Below are positions 8,612-19,213 of a stretch of 64,000 nucleotides of DNA, piece by piece (within the stretch, counting starts at the first letter, position 1; each line of letters opens with the position of its first letter). The position numbers were made by a program, and so were the translations under genes. Source of the DNA: an uncultured delta proteobacterium (lineage in GTDB: Bacteria > Myxococcota > UBA727 > VGSZ01); assembly GCA_963775425.1 (NCBI GenBank), contig CAVZJB010000004.1, positions 256,001-320,000 of the forward strand. The letters run 5' to 3'. Under the pieces are notes generated by a model that saw only the letters and a list, made by a program, of their open reading frames with translations, searched no databases and was not told where the DNA came from.

Positions 8612-10594
8612 GTGCACAAGGAGACGCGCGAGGAGCGGCGGGCGAGGTTGGCGGAGCGGGTGAAGACGCTGCCCGCGGAGCCCGGCTGCTACCTGATGAA
8701 GGACAAGCACGGCGAGATCTTCTACGTCGGCAAGGCCGGCAGCCTGCGCGCTCGCGTGAAGAACTACTTCACCGGCAGCGACACCCGGCAATTCGTCGAC
8801 TGGCTCGACGACATCCTCCACGACATCGAGTACGTCGTGGTGCGCAATGAGAAGGAGGCCCTGCTCCTCGAGCGCACCCTGGTGAAGGAGCACCAACCCC
8901 GCTTCAACGTCAAGCTGCGCGACGACAAGAACTTCATCCACCTGCGGCTCGACACGCGGCCCGCCGACGACGAGGCGTCGATGCGGCGGCAGTTCCCGCG
9001 CGTGGAGGTGGTCCGCGGTCCGAGCGCGGGCGGCGCCAGGACCTTCGGCCCGTACCACTCGGCCACCGCCGTGCGCTCCACGCTGCGCGTGCTCAACCGC
9101 CACTTCCAATTGCGCACCTGCCGGGACGCCGTCCTCGAGAACCGCACGCGCCCCTGCCTGCAGCACCAGATCGGCCGCTGCCCGGCCCCGTGCGTCTATC
9201 CCGTGCCCGACTACGCCGAGCGCGTCCACGACGCCGCGCTCTTCCTCGGCGGCAAGTCGAAGGAGCTCGAGCAGCGGCTGCGGGCGCGCATGCTGCAGGC
9301 GGCGGACGCGGAGGAGTTCGAGGTGGCGGCGCGCGTGCGCGACCAGCTCGGCGCGGTGCGCGCGGCCATGGACGAGCAGGTGGTCACCGACGTCGACAAG
9401 CGCCGCGACATCGACGTCATCGCCGCCCACCGCGCGGGGTCCCTGCTCGTCATCGTGCGCGTCGTCGTGCGCGACGGGCGCATGCAGGGCACCGAGACCG
9501 AGACCTTCGACAAGGCGGAGTTCCCCACGGAGGAGCTGGTGTCGAGCGCCCTGTCGCAGTTGTACGCGAGAGAGCCGCCGCCGGACGAGGTGCTCGTCGG
9601 CGTCGACCTCGGCGACGACGCACGCGCCCTCGCCGAGGCCACCGGCGCCGACGTGCGGGTGCCGCAGCGCGGCCACGGGCGGCGCCTGCTGGAGATCGCC
9701 GAGAAGAACGCCGACGCGGCCGCCGCCGACGTCCTGCGCAAGCAGGACGTGCGCGAGCGCGGGCTCGCCGCGTTGCAGAAGCGGCTCGACATGCCGCGGC
9801 TGCCGCGCGTGATCGAGTGCTACGACGTGTCGCTGTTCCAGGGGACGGACGCCGTGGCGTCGCAGGTGGTGTTCGTCGACGGTCAGCCGGACAAGTCGCG
9901 CTACCGCCGCTACAACATCCGCCTGCACGCCGGCATGCAGAACGACGACTTCGGCATGCTGCACGAGGCGCTCGTCCGCCGGCTCAAGAGGGGCGTCGCG
10001 AACGGGGAGCTGCCCGACGTCATCCTCGTCGACGGCGGCAAGGGGCAGCTCAACGTCGCCATCGCCGCGTGCAAGGACGTCCGCGTGCCCGTCGGCGAGG
10101 GCGGCGTGTACCTCGCCGGCGTCGCCAAGGCGCGCTCGTGGTCCGAGGGCGTCGACCGGCGCGCCCGGCCGGGGACGGTGCGCGAGGACCGCGACGACGT
10201 GACCGTGGCGGAGGACCAGCAGGAGAGCGCGCTTCAGATGAGCCCCGAGCGGCTGTTCCTGCCGCACGTGAAGGACCCGGTGGTGCTGCGGCCGCACACC
10301 GCCGACCGCTTCCTCGTCGAGCAGTTGCGCGACGAGGCGCACCGCTTCGCCATCACCGGGCACCGCGGGCGGCGCAAGCGGCGCACGCTGCGCTCCGTCC
10401 TCGACGACATCCCCGGCGTCGGCCCCGCGCGGCGGCGCGCGTTGTTGAAAGCGCTCGGCGGCGTCGACGCCATCGCGCGCGCGCCCGTCGACGACATCGC
10501 CAAGGTCGGCGGCGTCGGCCGCGCCATGGCGCTCAAGATCAAGGCCGCCCTCGGCGACCCCGCCATCGATCCGCCCGCGCCCGAGGATCCCTGA
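8612..10594 (+). CDS. uvrC: Excinuclease ABC subunit C
   Basis: GTG 8612; GIY-YIG PGCYLMK...YVGKA, Cys cluster, IECYDVS, LVDGGKGQ, RDEAHRFA, C-terminal HhH. Confidence 0.96.
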   Translation: MHKETREERRARLAERVKTLPAEPGCYLMKDKHGEIFYVGKAGSLRARVKNYFTGSDTRQFVDWLDDILHDIEYVVVRNEKEALLLERTLVKEHQPRFNVKLRDDKNFIHLRLDTRPADDEASMRRQFPRVEVVRGPSAGGARTFGPYHSATAVRSTLRVLNRHFQLRTCRDAVLENRTRPCLQHQIGRCPAPCVYPVPDYAERVHDAALFLGGKSKELEQRLRARMLQAADAEEFEVAARVRDQLGAVRAAMDEQVVTDVDKRRDIDVIAAHRAGSLLVIVRVVVRDGRMQGTETETFDKAEFPTEELVSSALSQLYAREPPPDEVLVGVDLGDDARALAEATGADVRVPQRGHGRRLLEIAEKNADAAAADVLRKQDVRERGLAALQKRLDMPRLPRVIECYDVSLFQGTDAVASQVVFVDGQPDKSRYRRYNIRLHAGMQNDDFGMLHEALVRRLKRGVANGELPDVILVDGGKGQLNVAIAACKDVRVPVGEGGVYLAGVAKARSWSEGVDRRARPGTVREDRDDVTVAEDQQESALQMSPERLFLPHVKDPVVLRPHTADRFLVEQLRDEAHRFAITGHRGRRKRRTLRSVLDDIPGVGPARRRALLKALGGVDAIARAPVDDIAKVGGVGRAMALKIKAALGDPAIDPPAPEDP

Positions 10595-10685
10595 CGCGCC
10601 CCCGTCGCCGGGAGTGGGACGGAGCGGGGCACCAGCGCGCGGTCGGTTGCCGTCTCATTGGAGGCCGACGTACTTTGCTCGATTG

Positions 10686-12521
10686 GTGGACCGCGTCTCC
10701 GCCCAGGCGACGGCGTTGCTCGAGGAAGGCCGGCCGCTCGAAGCGGCCGAGCTGCTCGCGGGCAACAGCCGTTTCGGCCAGGCGGCGCGCCTGTTGCTCG
10801 GCCACCTCGGGGTCGCCGCCGACGGCGTCGCGTCGCTCCCTCCCGGCAAGCGGCTCCACGTCGAGAAGGCCGCCGCCTACCTCGTGCGGGCGCAGGAGGA
10901 GGGCGAGGCGGCCGCCCTGTACGCGGCCCTCGGCGACGCCGCGCGGGCGGCCGAGCTGCACCGCGCGGCCGAGGTCCGCGCGGCGCAGCCACCGAGCCCG
11001 CAGCTCGCCGAGCGGCTCGAGCGCCAGGGCCGCCTCGAGGACGCCGCGCGCGCGTGGCTGCACCTCGGCGAGCGCGACGCGGTCGCGCGCGTGGCGCGCC
11101 AGCTCCCCCCGCGCACGGGGGCGTTCTATCTCGGCCAGATCGGCCGGTACTTCGAGGCCGCCCGCCTCTGCCTCGACGCCGGCGACAAACAAGCCGCGTA
11201 CGAGTGCCTGGTGCGCGTGCCCTCCACCGATCCCGACTACAACGCCGCCTGCCGCCACGTCGTCGCCCTCGTATGGTCGAAGCGCTTCCTCGACGAGCGC
11301 CTGGCGGCGTTCCTCAGGCCGTGGACCGAGTCCGTGCCGGAGCAGGGAGACTTCGACGCGCTCTGCAAGCTCGCCGTGCTCTTCGGCGAAAACGGCCGCA
11401 TCGACGACGCCCGCGAGGTCTACCGCCGCATCGTGCAGCAGGCGCCCGACCACGGCGAGGCGAAGACCGGCCTCGCCATCCTCTCCGGCGACGGGCTCGA
11501 GCCCGCGGGCGTGAGCGGGAGCGCGGGCGGCCGCGAGGTCACGCAGACCGCGCGGGTGTTCGCGCGCGTCGACAAGACCGGCATGGAGGTGGTGTCCGAG
11601 GAGCACACCCACGGGATCGCGCGCGGCGCGCTCGCCCGCCGCGTGCGCGCCCTGCAGGCCGACGCGCTCGTCGGCGGACGCTACCGGCTCCGCAAGAAGG
11701 TCGGCGGCGGCGGGATGGGGGTGGTCTTCGAGGCGTTCGACGAGGAGCTCGGTGAGCTCGTGGCGCTGAAGTTCCTCCTGCCGCTCGAGGAGGACAACGC
11801 GCTCGCGCGCTTCAAGCGTGAGATCGCGCTCACGCGGCGCTTGTCGCACCCGAACATCGTGCGCGTGTTCGACCTCGGGATCCACGAGGACCTGCGCTAC
11901 GTCACCATGGAGCTTCTGCGCGGCCAAGACCTCGCGCACCGCATGAAGAACGGGGAGCTCGACCTCGCCACCGGGCTCGACGTCCTCGCCCAGGCGTGCC
12001 GTGGCCTCGACGCCGCGCACAAGGAGGGCATCGTTCATCGGGACGTGAAGCCCGCGAACATCTTCGTCACCGAGCGGGGCCCGGTGAAGGTGATGGACTT
12101 CGGCGTCGCCCGCGAGGCGAGCGAAGCCGCCGCGGGCCTCACGCAGGCGGGCGTCATCCTCGGGACACCGCGCTACATGCCCCCGGAGGTGTTCCTCGGC
12201 TCGCGCGCCATTCGGCCGAGCATGGACATCTATGCGCTGGGCGTCTGCGCCTACGAGCTCGCTACCGGCGAGCCCCCCTTCGAGGACGGGCACTCCATGA
12301 CGCTCCTTAAAAAGAAGGTGAACGAGGACCCGGTGCCCCCGCGCACCAAGAACCCCGACGTCCCCGAGGTGCTCGACGCCCTCATCCTCTCGCTCCTCGC
12401 CAAGCTGCCCGAGGGCCGGCCCGCCACCGCCGGCGACGCCGCCGACGCCTTCGAGCGCATCGTCGCGTGGCTCGCGATGAACGCACCGACGCGCACCGAC
12501 GAGCGCGCCAGGCGCGAGTGA
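10686..12521 (+). CDS. Ser/Thr protein kinase with N-terminal TPR-like domain
   Basis: GGGGMG, VALK, HRDVKPAN, DFG, GTPRYMPPE; no transmembrane segment; start uncertain. Confidence 0.88.
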   Translation: MDRVSAQATALLEEGRPLEAAELLAGNSRFGQAARLLLGHLGVAADGVASLPPGKRLHVEKAAAYLVRAQEEGEAAALYAALGDAARAAELHRAAEVRAAQPPSPQLAERLERQGRLEDAARAWLHLGERDAVARVARQLPPRTGAFYLGQIGRYFEAARLCLDAGDKQAAYECLVRVPSTDPDYNAACRHVVALVWSKRFLDERLAAFLRPWTESVPEQGDFDALCKLAVLFGENGRIDDAREVYRRIVQQAPDHGEAKTGLAILSGDGLEPAGVSGSAGGREVTQTARVFARVDKTGMEVVSEEHTHGIARGALARRVRALQADALVGGRYRLRKKVGGGGMGVVFEAFDEELGELVALKFLLPLEEDNALARFKREIALTRRLSHPNIVRVFDLGIHEDLRYVTMELLRGQDLAHRMKNGELDLATGLDVLAQACRGLDAAHKEGIVHRDVKPANIFVTERGPVKVMDFGVAREASEAAAGLTQAGVILGTPRYMPPEVFLGSRAIRPSMDIYALGVCAYELATGEPPFEDGHSMTLLKKKVNEDPVPPRTKNPDVPEVLDALILSLLAKLPEGRPATAGDAADAFERIVAWLAMNAPTRTDERARRE

Positions 12522-12539
12522 GCCGACGCCGCGTGCCCG

Positions 12540-15500
12540 TCAGGGCGATCGGCGGCGGGCGAACACGGACTGGAGCACCGGCATCACCACGAGCACCAGC
12601 GGGACGGCGGTGACGAGGCCGCTGATGATGGCCACGGCGAGCGGCGCCTGCATGCGCGCGCCCTGCCCGATGCCGAGCGCGAGGGGGAAGAGCGCGAGCA
12701 CGGCGATGATGGACGTCATCAAGATGGGCCGCAGGCGCATCTTGCCCGCGCGCACGAGCGCCTCGTGGTCAGGATCGACGTCGTCACCGAGCTCGGCGAA
12801 GAAGAAGATGCACAGCTCGGTGACGATGCCGACGATCATGGTCAGGCCCATCATCGACGAGAGGTTGAGCTCCGTTTTCGTGAGCCACAGCCCCACGAGC
12901 ACGCCCGCCGCCGACAGGAACGTCGTGGCGAGGATAGCGGCGACGATGGCGGCGCGCTCGTAGAGGAACATCAACAGGAGCGCCACGAGCACCACTGCGC
13001 TCGCAAACACGAGGGCGAGGTCCCGCAGCGAGCGCGCCTGCTCCGCGTAGAGCCCTCCGTAGGCCACGCGGAGCCCCGGCGGGAGCGGCGTCTTGGCCAC
13101 CGCTTCCTTGACGTCGCGCATGGCGGACGCGAGGTCGCGGCCCTCCAGGCGCGCGGTGACGGCGACCATCTGCTCCAGGTTCTCGCGCGTCACCTCGGCG
13201 CGCCCCTCGCTGACGCCCACCCGCGCCACCCGCGCGAGCGGGAGCATCTGTCCGTCGCCGCCCTCGAGCCGCAGGCCGGGGACGGACTCGACGCGCGCGC
13301 GCGACGCCGGCGGCCCCCACACGCGAACGCCGAGCGTTTGCTGGCCGCGGCGGAAGTCCGCGGCCACGCGCCCCTCGAGGAGCAGGCCCGCCTGCCCGTC
13401 CACGGCTTCGGGCCGGAGGTGCTCGAGCTGTGCGCGCGCGCGGTCGACGCGGACGACGATGTCGTCGCCGGCGACGGTGACGCCGTCGAAGACCTCGACG
13501 AGCCCGGGGACCTTCTCGAGGGCGGCGGCCACGCGGCGACCGGCCTCCTCGAGCGCGGCCTCGTCGCCGCCGAAGATTTTCACCTCCACGGGCTGCGGCA
13601 CCGCGGTGAGGTCGCCGATGAGGTCCTCCATGAGCTGCGCGGTCTCGATGCGGAGGCCGGGGACGTCGCGCTCCACCTGCCGGCGCAGATCGCTCATGAC
13701 TTCCTCGATGTCGCGCCGGGGCAGCGGCCTCAGGTGGATGAAGTAGTCGCCGGTGTTGACCTCGGTGAGGGCGCCGCCGAGCTGAAGCCCCGTGCGGCGC
13801 GAGTAGTTGTCCACCTCGGGCAGCGCCTGGATGCGCTGCTCGACGATGCGCAGCATGCGATCCGTCTCGCTGAGCGACGTCCCCGGCGGGGCCGTGTAGT
13901 CGAGGATGAAGCCGCCCTCGTCGATGACGGGCATGAAGCCCTGCCCGAGCGCGCGGTACGCGAGGCCGCCGCTGGCGGCGAGCGCGGCGACGATGGGGAC
14001 GACCAGGAGCCGGCGCGCGAGGAGGGCGCGCGTGAGCCGCTCGTAGGCGCGCTGCGCGGCCGCGAGCGCGCGCCCCGCCGCGGGCGGGCGGTGGCGCGGG
14101 TCGAGCACGGCGTGGGCCAGCAGCGGCACGGCGACGAGGGAGAAGGCGTAGCTGAGCGCCAGTGACACCGCGATGGTGAGCGCGAGCGCCTTGAAGAACG
14201 CGCCGGCCACGCCCCCGAGGAACGCCAGCGGCACGAAGACCACGATGGTCGCGAGCGACGACCCCGTCAGCGGCCGCGCCATCTCGAGCCCGCCGCGGAT
14301 GACGTCGGCGGCCTCGGGGTGCCGCGCGGGGGCGCCGGCAGCGTCCGGCGCGGGCGCTTGTCCCCCGGCGGGCGGGCGCTCCGCGGCCATCCGGCGCGCG
14401 ATGTTCTCGATGACGACGACCGCGTCGTCGATGACGAGGCCGACGGCGGCGGCCATGCCGCCCAGGGTCATCACGTTGAGCGTCATCCCGACGCGCTCGA
14501 GCACGAGCACCGTCGCCGCGAGCACCCCGGGGAGCACCACGGCGACCACGAGCGTGACACGCAGGTTCCGCAGGAACGCGAAGAGCACCGCGGCCGCGAA
14601 CAGCGCGCCGAGGAGGATGGCGTCGCGCACGCTGGTGGACGAGGCGCGCACGAGCTCCCCCTGGTCGTACCAGGGCTTGATCACGACGTCGCGCGGCAGC
14701 TCGCTTTCGTGCGCGCGCAGGGCGGCGAACACCGCGTCCTTGATGGCGAGCGTGTTGCCGTCGCGCTGCTGGCGGATGTCGACGAGGACGGCGTCCGTGC
14801 CGCCGGCGGTGACCCGCGTCCACTGCGTGGCGCGCGCGAGCGTCACGTCGGCGACGTCCCCGACGGTGACGACGGCGCCGGCCGCGGACGCCACGGGCGT
14901 CTTCTTGACGTCGTCGACGTCGACGTACCCGGCGTCGTCCACGACGAGGTAGAGGCGGTCGTGGTCCTCGACCCGGCCGATGGCGCTCACCCCGGAGCTC
15001 TGGCCGAGCGCATCGACGACGTCGTCGGTGCCGAGCCCGTGGGCAGCGAGCTTCATCGGGTCGACCACCACCTGCACCTCGGCGACCGCGCCGCCGAGCA
15101 CGTCGACGCTGGCGACGCCGGGGATGCTCGACAGGATGGGGCGCAGCCGCAGCACGGCGAAGTCCCGCAGCGACACGGGATCGCGCGTGGCGGACGTCAA
15201 GCTGAAGCCGAGGACCGGGAAGACCGTGGGATCCATGCGGCGAACGTCGAAGGTGGTCCCCGGGGGCAGCGACGCGCCGAGCTGCGCGAGCACCGCCTGC
15301 GTCTGGAGCGCGGCCTCGGTCATGTCGACGCCCCAGTCGAACGAGAGCGAGACGTCGGCGGCGCCGCGGCTCGACGTGGAGCGCACGGTGCGCACGTGGG
15401 GAACGGCGCGCAGCGCCTCCTCCACCGGGCGCGTGACGTCGGTGACCATGCGATCGATGGGCCGCTCGCCGGCGTCGACGCTGACCACGATGCGCGGGAA

Positions 15501-15632
15501 GTCGATGATGGGAAACAGGCCGACCGGCACGCGGGCGGCGTCGACGACGCCGGCGACTACGACGAGGGCGAACGCCAGGAGCAGCGAGCGCTTGTGCGCC
15601 GACAACCAACGCGCCGCCCCCTCCGCGCTCAC
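12540..15632 (-). CDS. RND efflux permease (AcrB/CusA/CzcA superfamily)
   Basis: GTG 15632; GLVIDDAVVVIENI, RLRPILMT, PLAVAIISGL; about 1030 aa. Confidence 0.93.
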   Translation of the reverse strand: MSAEGAARWLSAHKRSLLLAFALVVVAGVVDAARVPVGLFPIIDFPRIVVSVDAGERPIDRMVTDVTRPVEEALRAVPHVRTVRSTSSRGAADVSLSFDWGVDMTEAALQTQAVLAQLGASLPPGTTFDVRRMDPTVFPVLGFSLTSATRDPVSLRDFAVLRLRPILSSIPGVASVDVLGGAVAEVQVVVDPMKLAAHGLGTDDVVDALGQSSGVSAIGRVEDHDRLYLVVDDAGYVDVDDVKKTPVASAAGAVVTVGDVADVTLARATQWTRVTAGGTDAVLVDIRQQRDGNTLAIKDAVFAALRAHESELPRDVVIKPWYDQGELVRASSTSVRDAILLGALFAAAVLFAFLRNLRVTLVVAVVLPGVLAATVLVLERVGMTLNVMTLGGMAAAVGLVIDDAVVVIENIARRMAAERPPAGGQAPAPDAAGAPARHPEAADVIRGGLEMARPLTGSSLATIVVFVPLAFLGGVAGAFFKALALTIAVSLALSYAFSLVAVPLLAHAVLDPRHRPPAAGRALAAAQRAYERLTRALLARRLLVVPIVAALAASGGLAYRALGQGFMPVIDEGGFILDYTAPPGTSLSETDRMLRIVEQRIQALPEVDNYSRRTGLQLGGALTEVNTGDYFIHLRPLPRRDIEEVMSDLRRQVERDVPGLRIETAQLMEDLIGDLTAVPQPVEVKIFGGDEAALEEAGRRVAAALEKVPGLVEVFDGVTVAGDDIVVRVDRARAQLEHLRPEAVDGQAGLLLEGRVAADFRRGQQTLGVRVWGPPASRARVESVPGLRLEGGDGQMLPLARVARVGVSEGRAEVTRENLEQMVAVTARLEGRDLASAMRDVKEAVAKTPLPPGLRVAYGGLYAEQARSLRDLALVFASAVVLVALLLMFLYERAAIVAAILATTFLSAAGVLVGLWLTKTELNLSSMMGLTMIVGIVTELCIFFFAELGDDVDPDHEALVRAGKMRLRPILMTSIIAVLALFPLALGIGQGARMQAPLAVAIISGLVTAVPLVLVVMPVLQSVFARRRSP

Positions 15633-15660
15633 CGCCGCACCCCGAGGTCGTGGGGCGCGC

Positions 15661-16797
15661 TCATGGGGCGGTGCCCGGGGTCGTGGGGCGCGCCCCGGTG
15701 GCCGCCGTGTGCACCGCGGCGCCGTCGTCGAGCTCGGCGGCGCCGGTGGTGACGACGCGCGCGCCCTCGTGGAGCTCATGGAGCCCGGCGCCCGTCGGGG
15801 CGACGGCGACACGCACACCGTCGTCGACGAGGACCTTCACCTCGACGCGGCGGACCTTGTCGCCGCCCACCACGAACACGGCGCGCGGCGGCGCCGCGCC
15901 GGTGACGCTCCTGCGCGGCACGAGCAGCGCGCCCTCGATGCGCCGGACGACGATCCGCCCGCGCACGGCGGCGCCCTCGACGAACGGCGCGCTCGCGAGC
16001 GCGACGACGACGGCGGCCTGGTGCGTCTCCGGATCCACCTGGGGATGCACCTGCACGATCTTTCCGTCGGCGGCGACGGCGTCGTCGTAGAGCGCGGCGA
16101 GGTGCACGTCGCCGCCTGCGGCGAGCCTGCCGACGTCGCGGGCCTCGACGCCGAGCCGCGCCCGCTGGGCGCCCTCGACGGCGAGGAGCACCAGCGGCGA
16201 GCCCGGCGCGACGACGTCGCCGGGCTTGGCGATGGTGGTGCGCACGAGGCCCGCGGCCGGCGCCCGGACGGTGCGCGTGCGCGTGGAGCCGTCGAACGCC
16301 GCCGCCTCCGCCTTGGCCTTGTCGAGCGCGGACTCGGCCTGCGCGACGTCTGCGTTGGTGGCGAGCCCCTTGTCGCGCTGCCCCCTGAGCCGCTTGACGT
16401 CGCGCGCGGCGTAGTCGACGTCGATGCGGGCCTTCTCGGCGTCGAGGCGTACGCTGCTCGACGGGCGCACCTCGGCGACCACCTCGCCGGCCTTCACGAC
16501 CTGCCCCGCGCGGACCAGGAGGCGCCCCACGCTCGCCTCGAGCGGGAAGCTCACCGGCACGGTGGCGTCCGGCGCGGGCTCGACGTTGCCGTACGCCTCG
16601 AGCGTGTCCTCGATGCTGCCGCGCTCGACGGCCGCCGTCTCCACGAGCGCGGAGGCCTTGACCTCGGCTTCGCCGTCGTCGTCCCCGCCTCCGCTCTTGC
16701 ACCCGCCGGCGAGCGCGAGGGCCACGACGCACGCGGCGAGGCCCGCGCGGCGGGCGACGCCGCGGCGCCCCACGGCGAGAGCGGGGCATGGCGTCAT
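15661..16797 (-). CDS. RND periplasmic adaptor (MFP), lipoprotein
   Basis: ATG 16797 overlaps the TolC stop (ATGA); lipobox-like LAGGC, VRAGQVVKAGE, VRAPAAG, VDPET. Confidence 0.9.
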   Translation of the reverse strand: MTPCPALAVGRRGVARRAGLAACVVALALAGGCKSGGGDDDGEAEVKASALVETAAVERGSIEDTLEAYGNVEPAPDATVPVSFPLEASVGRLLVRAGQVVKAGEVVAEVRPSSSVRLDAEKARIDVDYAARDVKRLRGQRDKGLATNADVAQAESALDKAKAEAAAFDGSTRTRTVRAPAAGLVRTTIAKPGDVVAPGSPLVLLAVEGAQRARLGVEARDVGRLAAGGDVHLAALYDDAVAADGKIVQVHPQVDPETHQAAVVVALASAPFVEGAAVRGRIVVRRIEGALLVPRRSVTGAAPPRAVFVVGGDKVRRVEVKVLVDDGVRVAVAPTGAGLHELHEGARVVTTGAAELDDGAAVHTAATGARPTTPGTAP

Positions 16798-18131
16798 CGG
16801 GGGCTCCCGGCCGGAGGCAGGGGAGCGCCGACGGCGGTCTGCAGCGCGATCCATTGCTCGACCTCGTCTTCGGAGAGCGCCAGCGCACGCAGCCGCGCGT
16901 CGACGAGCGCGGCGCGGACCTCGGCGCGCGTGAACAGCGTGGCGTTGCCGCTCTTCACGGCCTCGTCGAGGGCGGCGTCGGTCTTTTCGAGCAGCGGCAG
17001 GCGCGCCGCGAGCGCGTCCCGCTGCTCGCGCGCGTGCGTTCGCGCGCGCAGCAGCCGGTCGATGTCGGCGCGCACCGCTTGCAAGCGCGCGTGGTACTCG
17101 GCGCGGAGCTGGTCGCGCGTGGCGCGCTCGACGGCGACCGCGCCGCGGTTGCCGTTGAAGATCGGCACCGTGATGGACGCGCCGCCGCCGGCGGTGAAGA
17201 AGCCGCCGGGATCCCGGGCGCCCTCGACGTTGACGGTGAAGCGCGGAAACTCCCCGAGCATCGCCGCGGCCAGCGCCTGCTCCTGCCCGTCGTAGGCGCG
17301 CTCGAGCCCCACGAGGTCCGGCCGCTGGGCGCGCGCCAGCGCGAACAGGCGCGCCGTCCCCCCGGCGGCGGGCGGCGGCGACGCCACCGCGCTCACCTCG
17401 ACCGGCGTGCCGGGCGGCAGGCCCAGCGCCTGCCCGAGCAGGGCGCGCGCCTCGTCGAGGGCGCGGGAGATCTCGAGCGCGCGCGACTCCGCGTCGAGCG
17501 CCGCCACGTGCGCGATGCCGAGCGCCTCGACGGTGACGTCTCCGGTGGCACGCGCCGCGAGCGCCGCGTCGAGCAGGCGCTGGGTCGACGCGCGCGCCTC
17601 GCTGGCGACCTCGAGCTGTTGCGCGAGCGACGCCACCCGCGCCGCCTGCACCCGCGCGTCGCCGGCGACCACGATCTCCTCGTACGCGAGCGCGAGGCGG
17701 GCGGCGTCGGCGGCGAGGAGCGCGGCCTTGCGCGAGGCGCCGGCGGTGACGACGTCGCCGAGGTCCCAATCGACGCCGACGGCGGCGCCGGTGGTCTCCC
17801 CGGTGGTGGACGCCACCGGCTGCGCGACGCCGGCGGTGATGGACGGATCGGGCCACAGCCCCGCGCGCTCCGCCTCCGCGTCCTTCACCGGGAGCGCGGC
17901 GCGCGCGGCCGCGAGCTCGGGGTTGCGGGCGATCGCGAGGCGACCGGCGTCGTCGACGGTGATGCGCCCGGGCACCGGCGGCAGGGGGCCGTTCGCGACG
18001 GGACGATCGACGTCGAGCGCGGCGAGGCCGGCCTCCGCGTCGGCCGTGACGCAGCCTCCCGAGAGCGCGGAGAGCGCGCAGAGCGCGGCGAGCGCGTTGC
18101 GCGCGTTGAGCGCTTTCAGTGCGGTGCTCAT
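16794..18131 (-). CDS. TolC-family outer-membrane factor, lipoprotein
   Basis: ATG 18131; lipobox-like LSGGC, ARNPELAAARA, QRPDL, ITVPIFNGNRG. Confidence 0.88.
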   Translation of the reverse strand: MSTALKALNARNALAALCALSALSGGCVTADAEAGLAALDVDRPVANGPLPPVPGRITVDDAGRLAIARNPELAAARAALPVKDAEAERAGLWPDPSITAGVAQPVASTTGETTGAAVGVDWDLGDVVTAGASRKAALLAADAARLALAYEEIVVAGDARVQAARVASLAQQLEVASEARASTQRLLDAALAARATGDVTVEALGIAHVAALDAESRALEISRALDEARALLGQALGLPPGTPVEVSAVASPPPAAGGTARLFALARAQRPDLVGLERAYDGQEQALAAAMLGEFPRFTVNVEGARDPGGFFTAGGGASITVPIFNGNRGAVAVERATRDQLRAEYHARLQAVRADIDRLLRARTHAREQRDALAARLPLLEKTDAALDEAVKSGNATLFTRAEVRAALVDARLRALALSEDEVEQWIALQTAVGAPLPPAGSPR

Positions 18132-19210
18132 GCCGCCGCCACCGTGAGCGAGAACGTGCAGCCCTCTTCGCGGGGCGCGACGACGAGGTCGCCGCCGAGG
18201 CCGCGCGCGATGTCGCGGGCGAGCGGCAGGCCGAGGCCGAAGCCCGCGGTCGCGCCCCGCGTGTCGCTGCCGCGGTAGAAGCGCTCGAACACGCGGGCGC
18301 GCTCGTCGGCGGCGAGCCCCGGGCCGTCGTCGCTGACGTCGACGCGGACGGCGCCGGCGTCGCAGGCGACGCCGACCACGACGACGCTGCCCTCGGGCGC
18401 GTACTTGCACGCGTTGTCGACGAGGTTGGCCACGGCCCGCGACAGCCACGTCTCGTCGGCGCGTGCCATCGCGCCGCCCGGCGGCGGAGGGGTCAAGGCG
18501 ATGCGCAGGTCGCGCACGGCGGCGACGGCGGCGTAGGCGTCTGCGACGCCCGCGACGACGGCGACGACGTCGACGGGTCTTCGTTCGAGCGCGAGCTGCC
18601 CGCCGTCGGCGCGCGCGAGCGTCAGGAGCGACTCGACGAGGGCCGAGAGCTTGCCGACGTCCTCGAGCGCGCCTCCGATGGTGGCGGCGAGCTCCGCGGG
18701 CTCCCGCGGCCGCCGCAGCGCGAGCTCGAGGTTGCCGCTCAGGATGGACAGCGGCGTGCGCAGCTCGTGCGAGGCGTCGGCCGTGAAGCGGCGCAGCCCC
18801 TCCACGCTCTTTTCGAGCCGTTCGAGCATCGCGTTCAACGCCTGCACGAGCGCGCCGACCTCGCCGCTCACGCCGGGCTCGAGGGCGATGCGGCGCTCGA
18901 GGTCGCGCGCGTCGAGCGACGCGGCGACGTCGATGATTCGTTCGAGCGGCGCAAGCTCGCGCCGAGACAGCGCCCAGCCGCCGCCCACCGCGACCAGGAG
19001 CGCCGCCGGCAGCGCCGCCGCCAGCGACGCCGCCAGGTGCTGCCCCGCGACGTGCGCCTCGGCCTGCTCCTCGGCGTCTGCGCCTTCGAGCGCGTCGGGC
19101 TCGACGACGGCGACGACGTAGACGACGGCGCTGAACGCCACGAGCACGAGGGTGAGCACCGCGCCGTACCAGAGCGCGAGACGACCGCGGAGGGTGCGCG
19201 GCAGCCCCAT
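18128..19210 (-). CDS. Sensor histidine kinase (CusS/CzcS-like)
   Basis: Two TM segments, HAMP, FTADASHELRTP, NLVDNACKY, DDGPG, GFGLGL. Confidence 0.93.
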   Translation of the reverse strand: MGLPRTLRGRLALWYGAVLTLVLVAFSAVVYVVAVVEPDALEGADAEEQAEAHVAGQHLAASLAAALPAALLVAVGGGWALSRRELAPLERIIDVAASLDARDLERRIALEPGVSGEVGALVQALNAMLERLEKSVEGLRRFTADASHELRTPLSILSGNLELALRRPREPAELAATIGGALEDVGKLSALVESLLTLARADGGQLALERRPVDVVAVVAGVADAYAAVAAVRDLRIALTPPPPGGAMARADETWLSRAVANLVDNACKYAPEGSVVVVGVACDAGAVRVDVSDDGPGLAADERARVFERFYRGSDTRGATAGFGLGLPLARDIARGLGGDLVVAPREEGCTFSLTVAAA

Positions 19211-19213
19211 GCG

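Noticed and set aside
15647-15693. Short direct repeat at the MFP/RND junction
   Set aside because: A small local duplication; both reading frames are intact.
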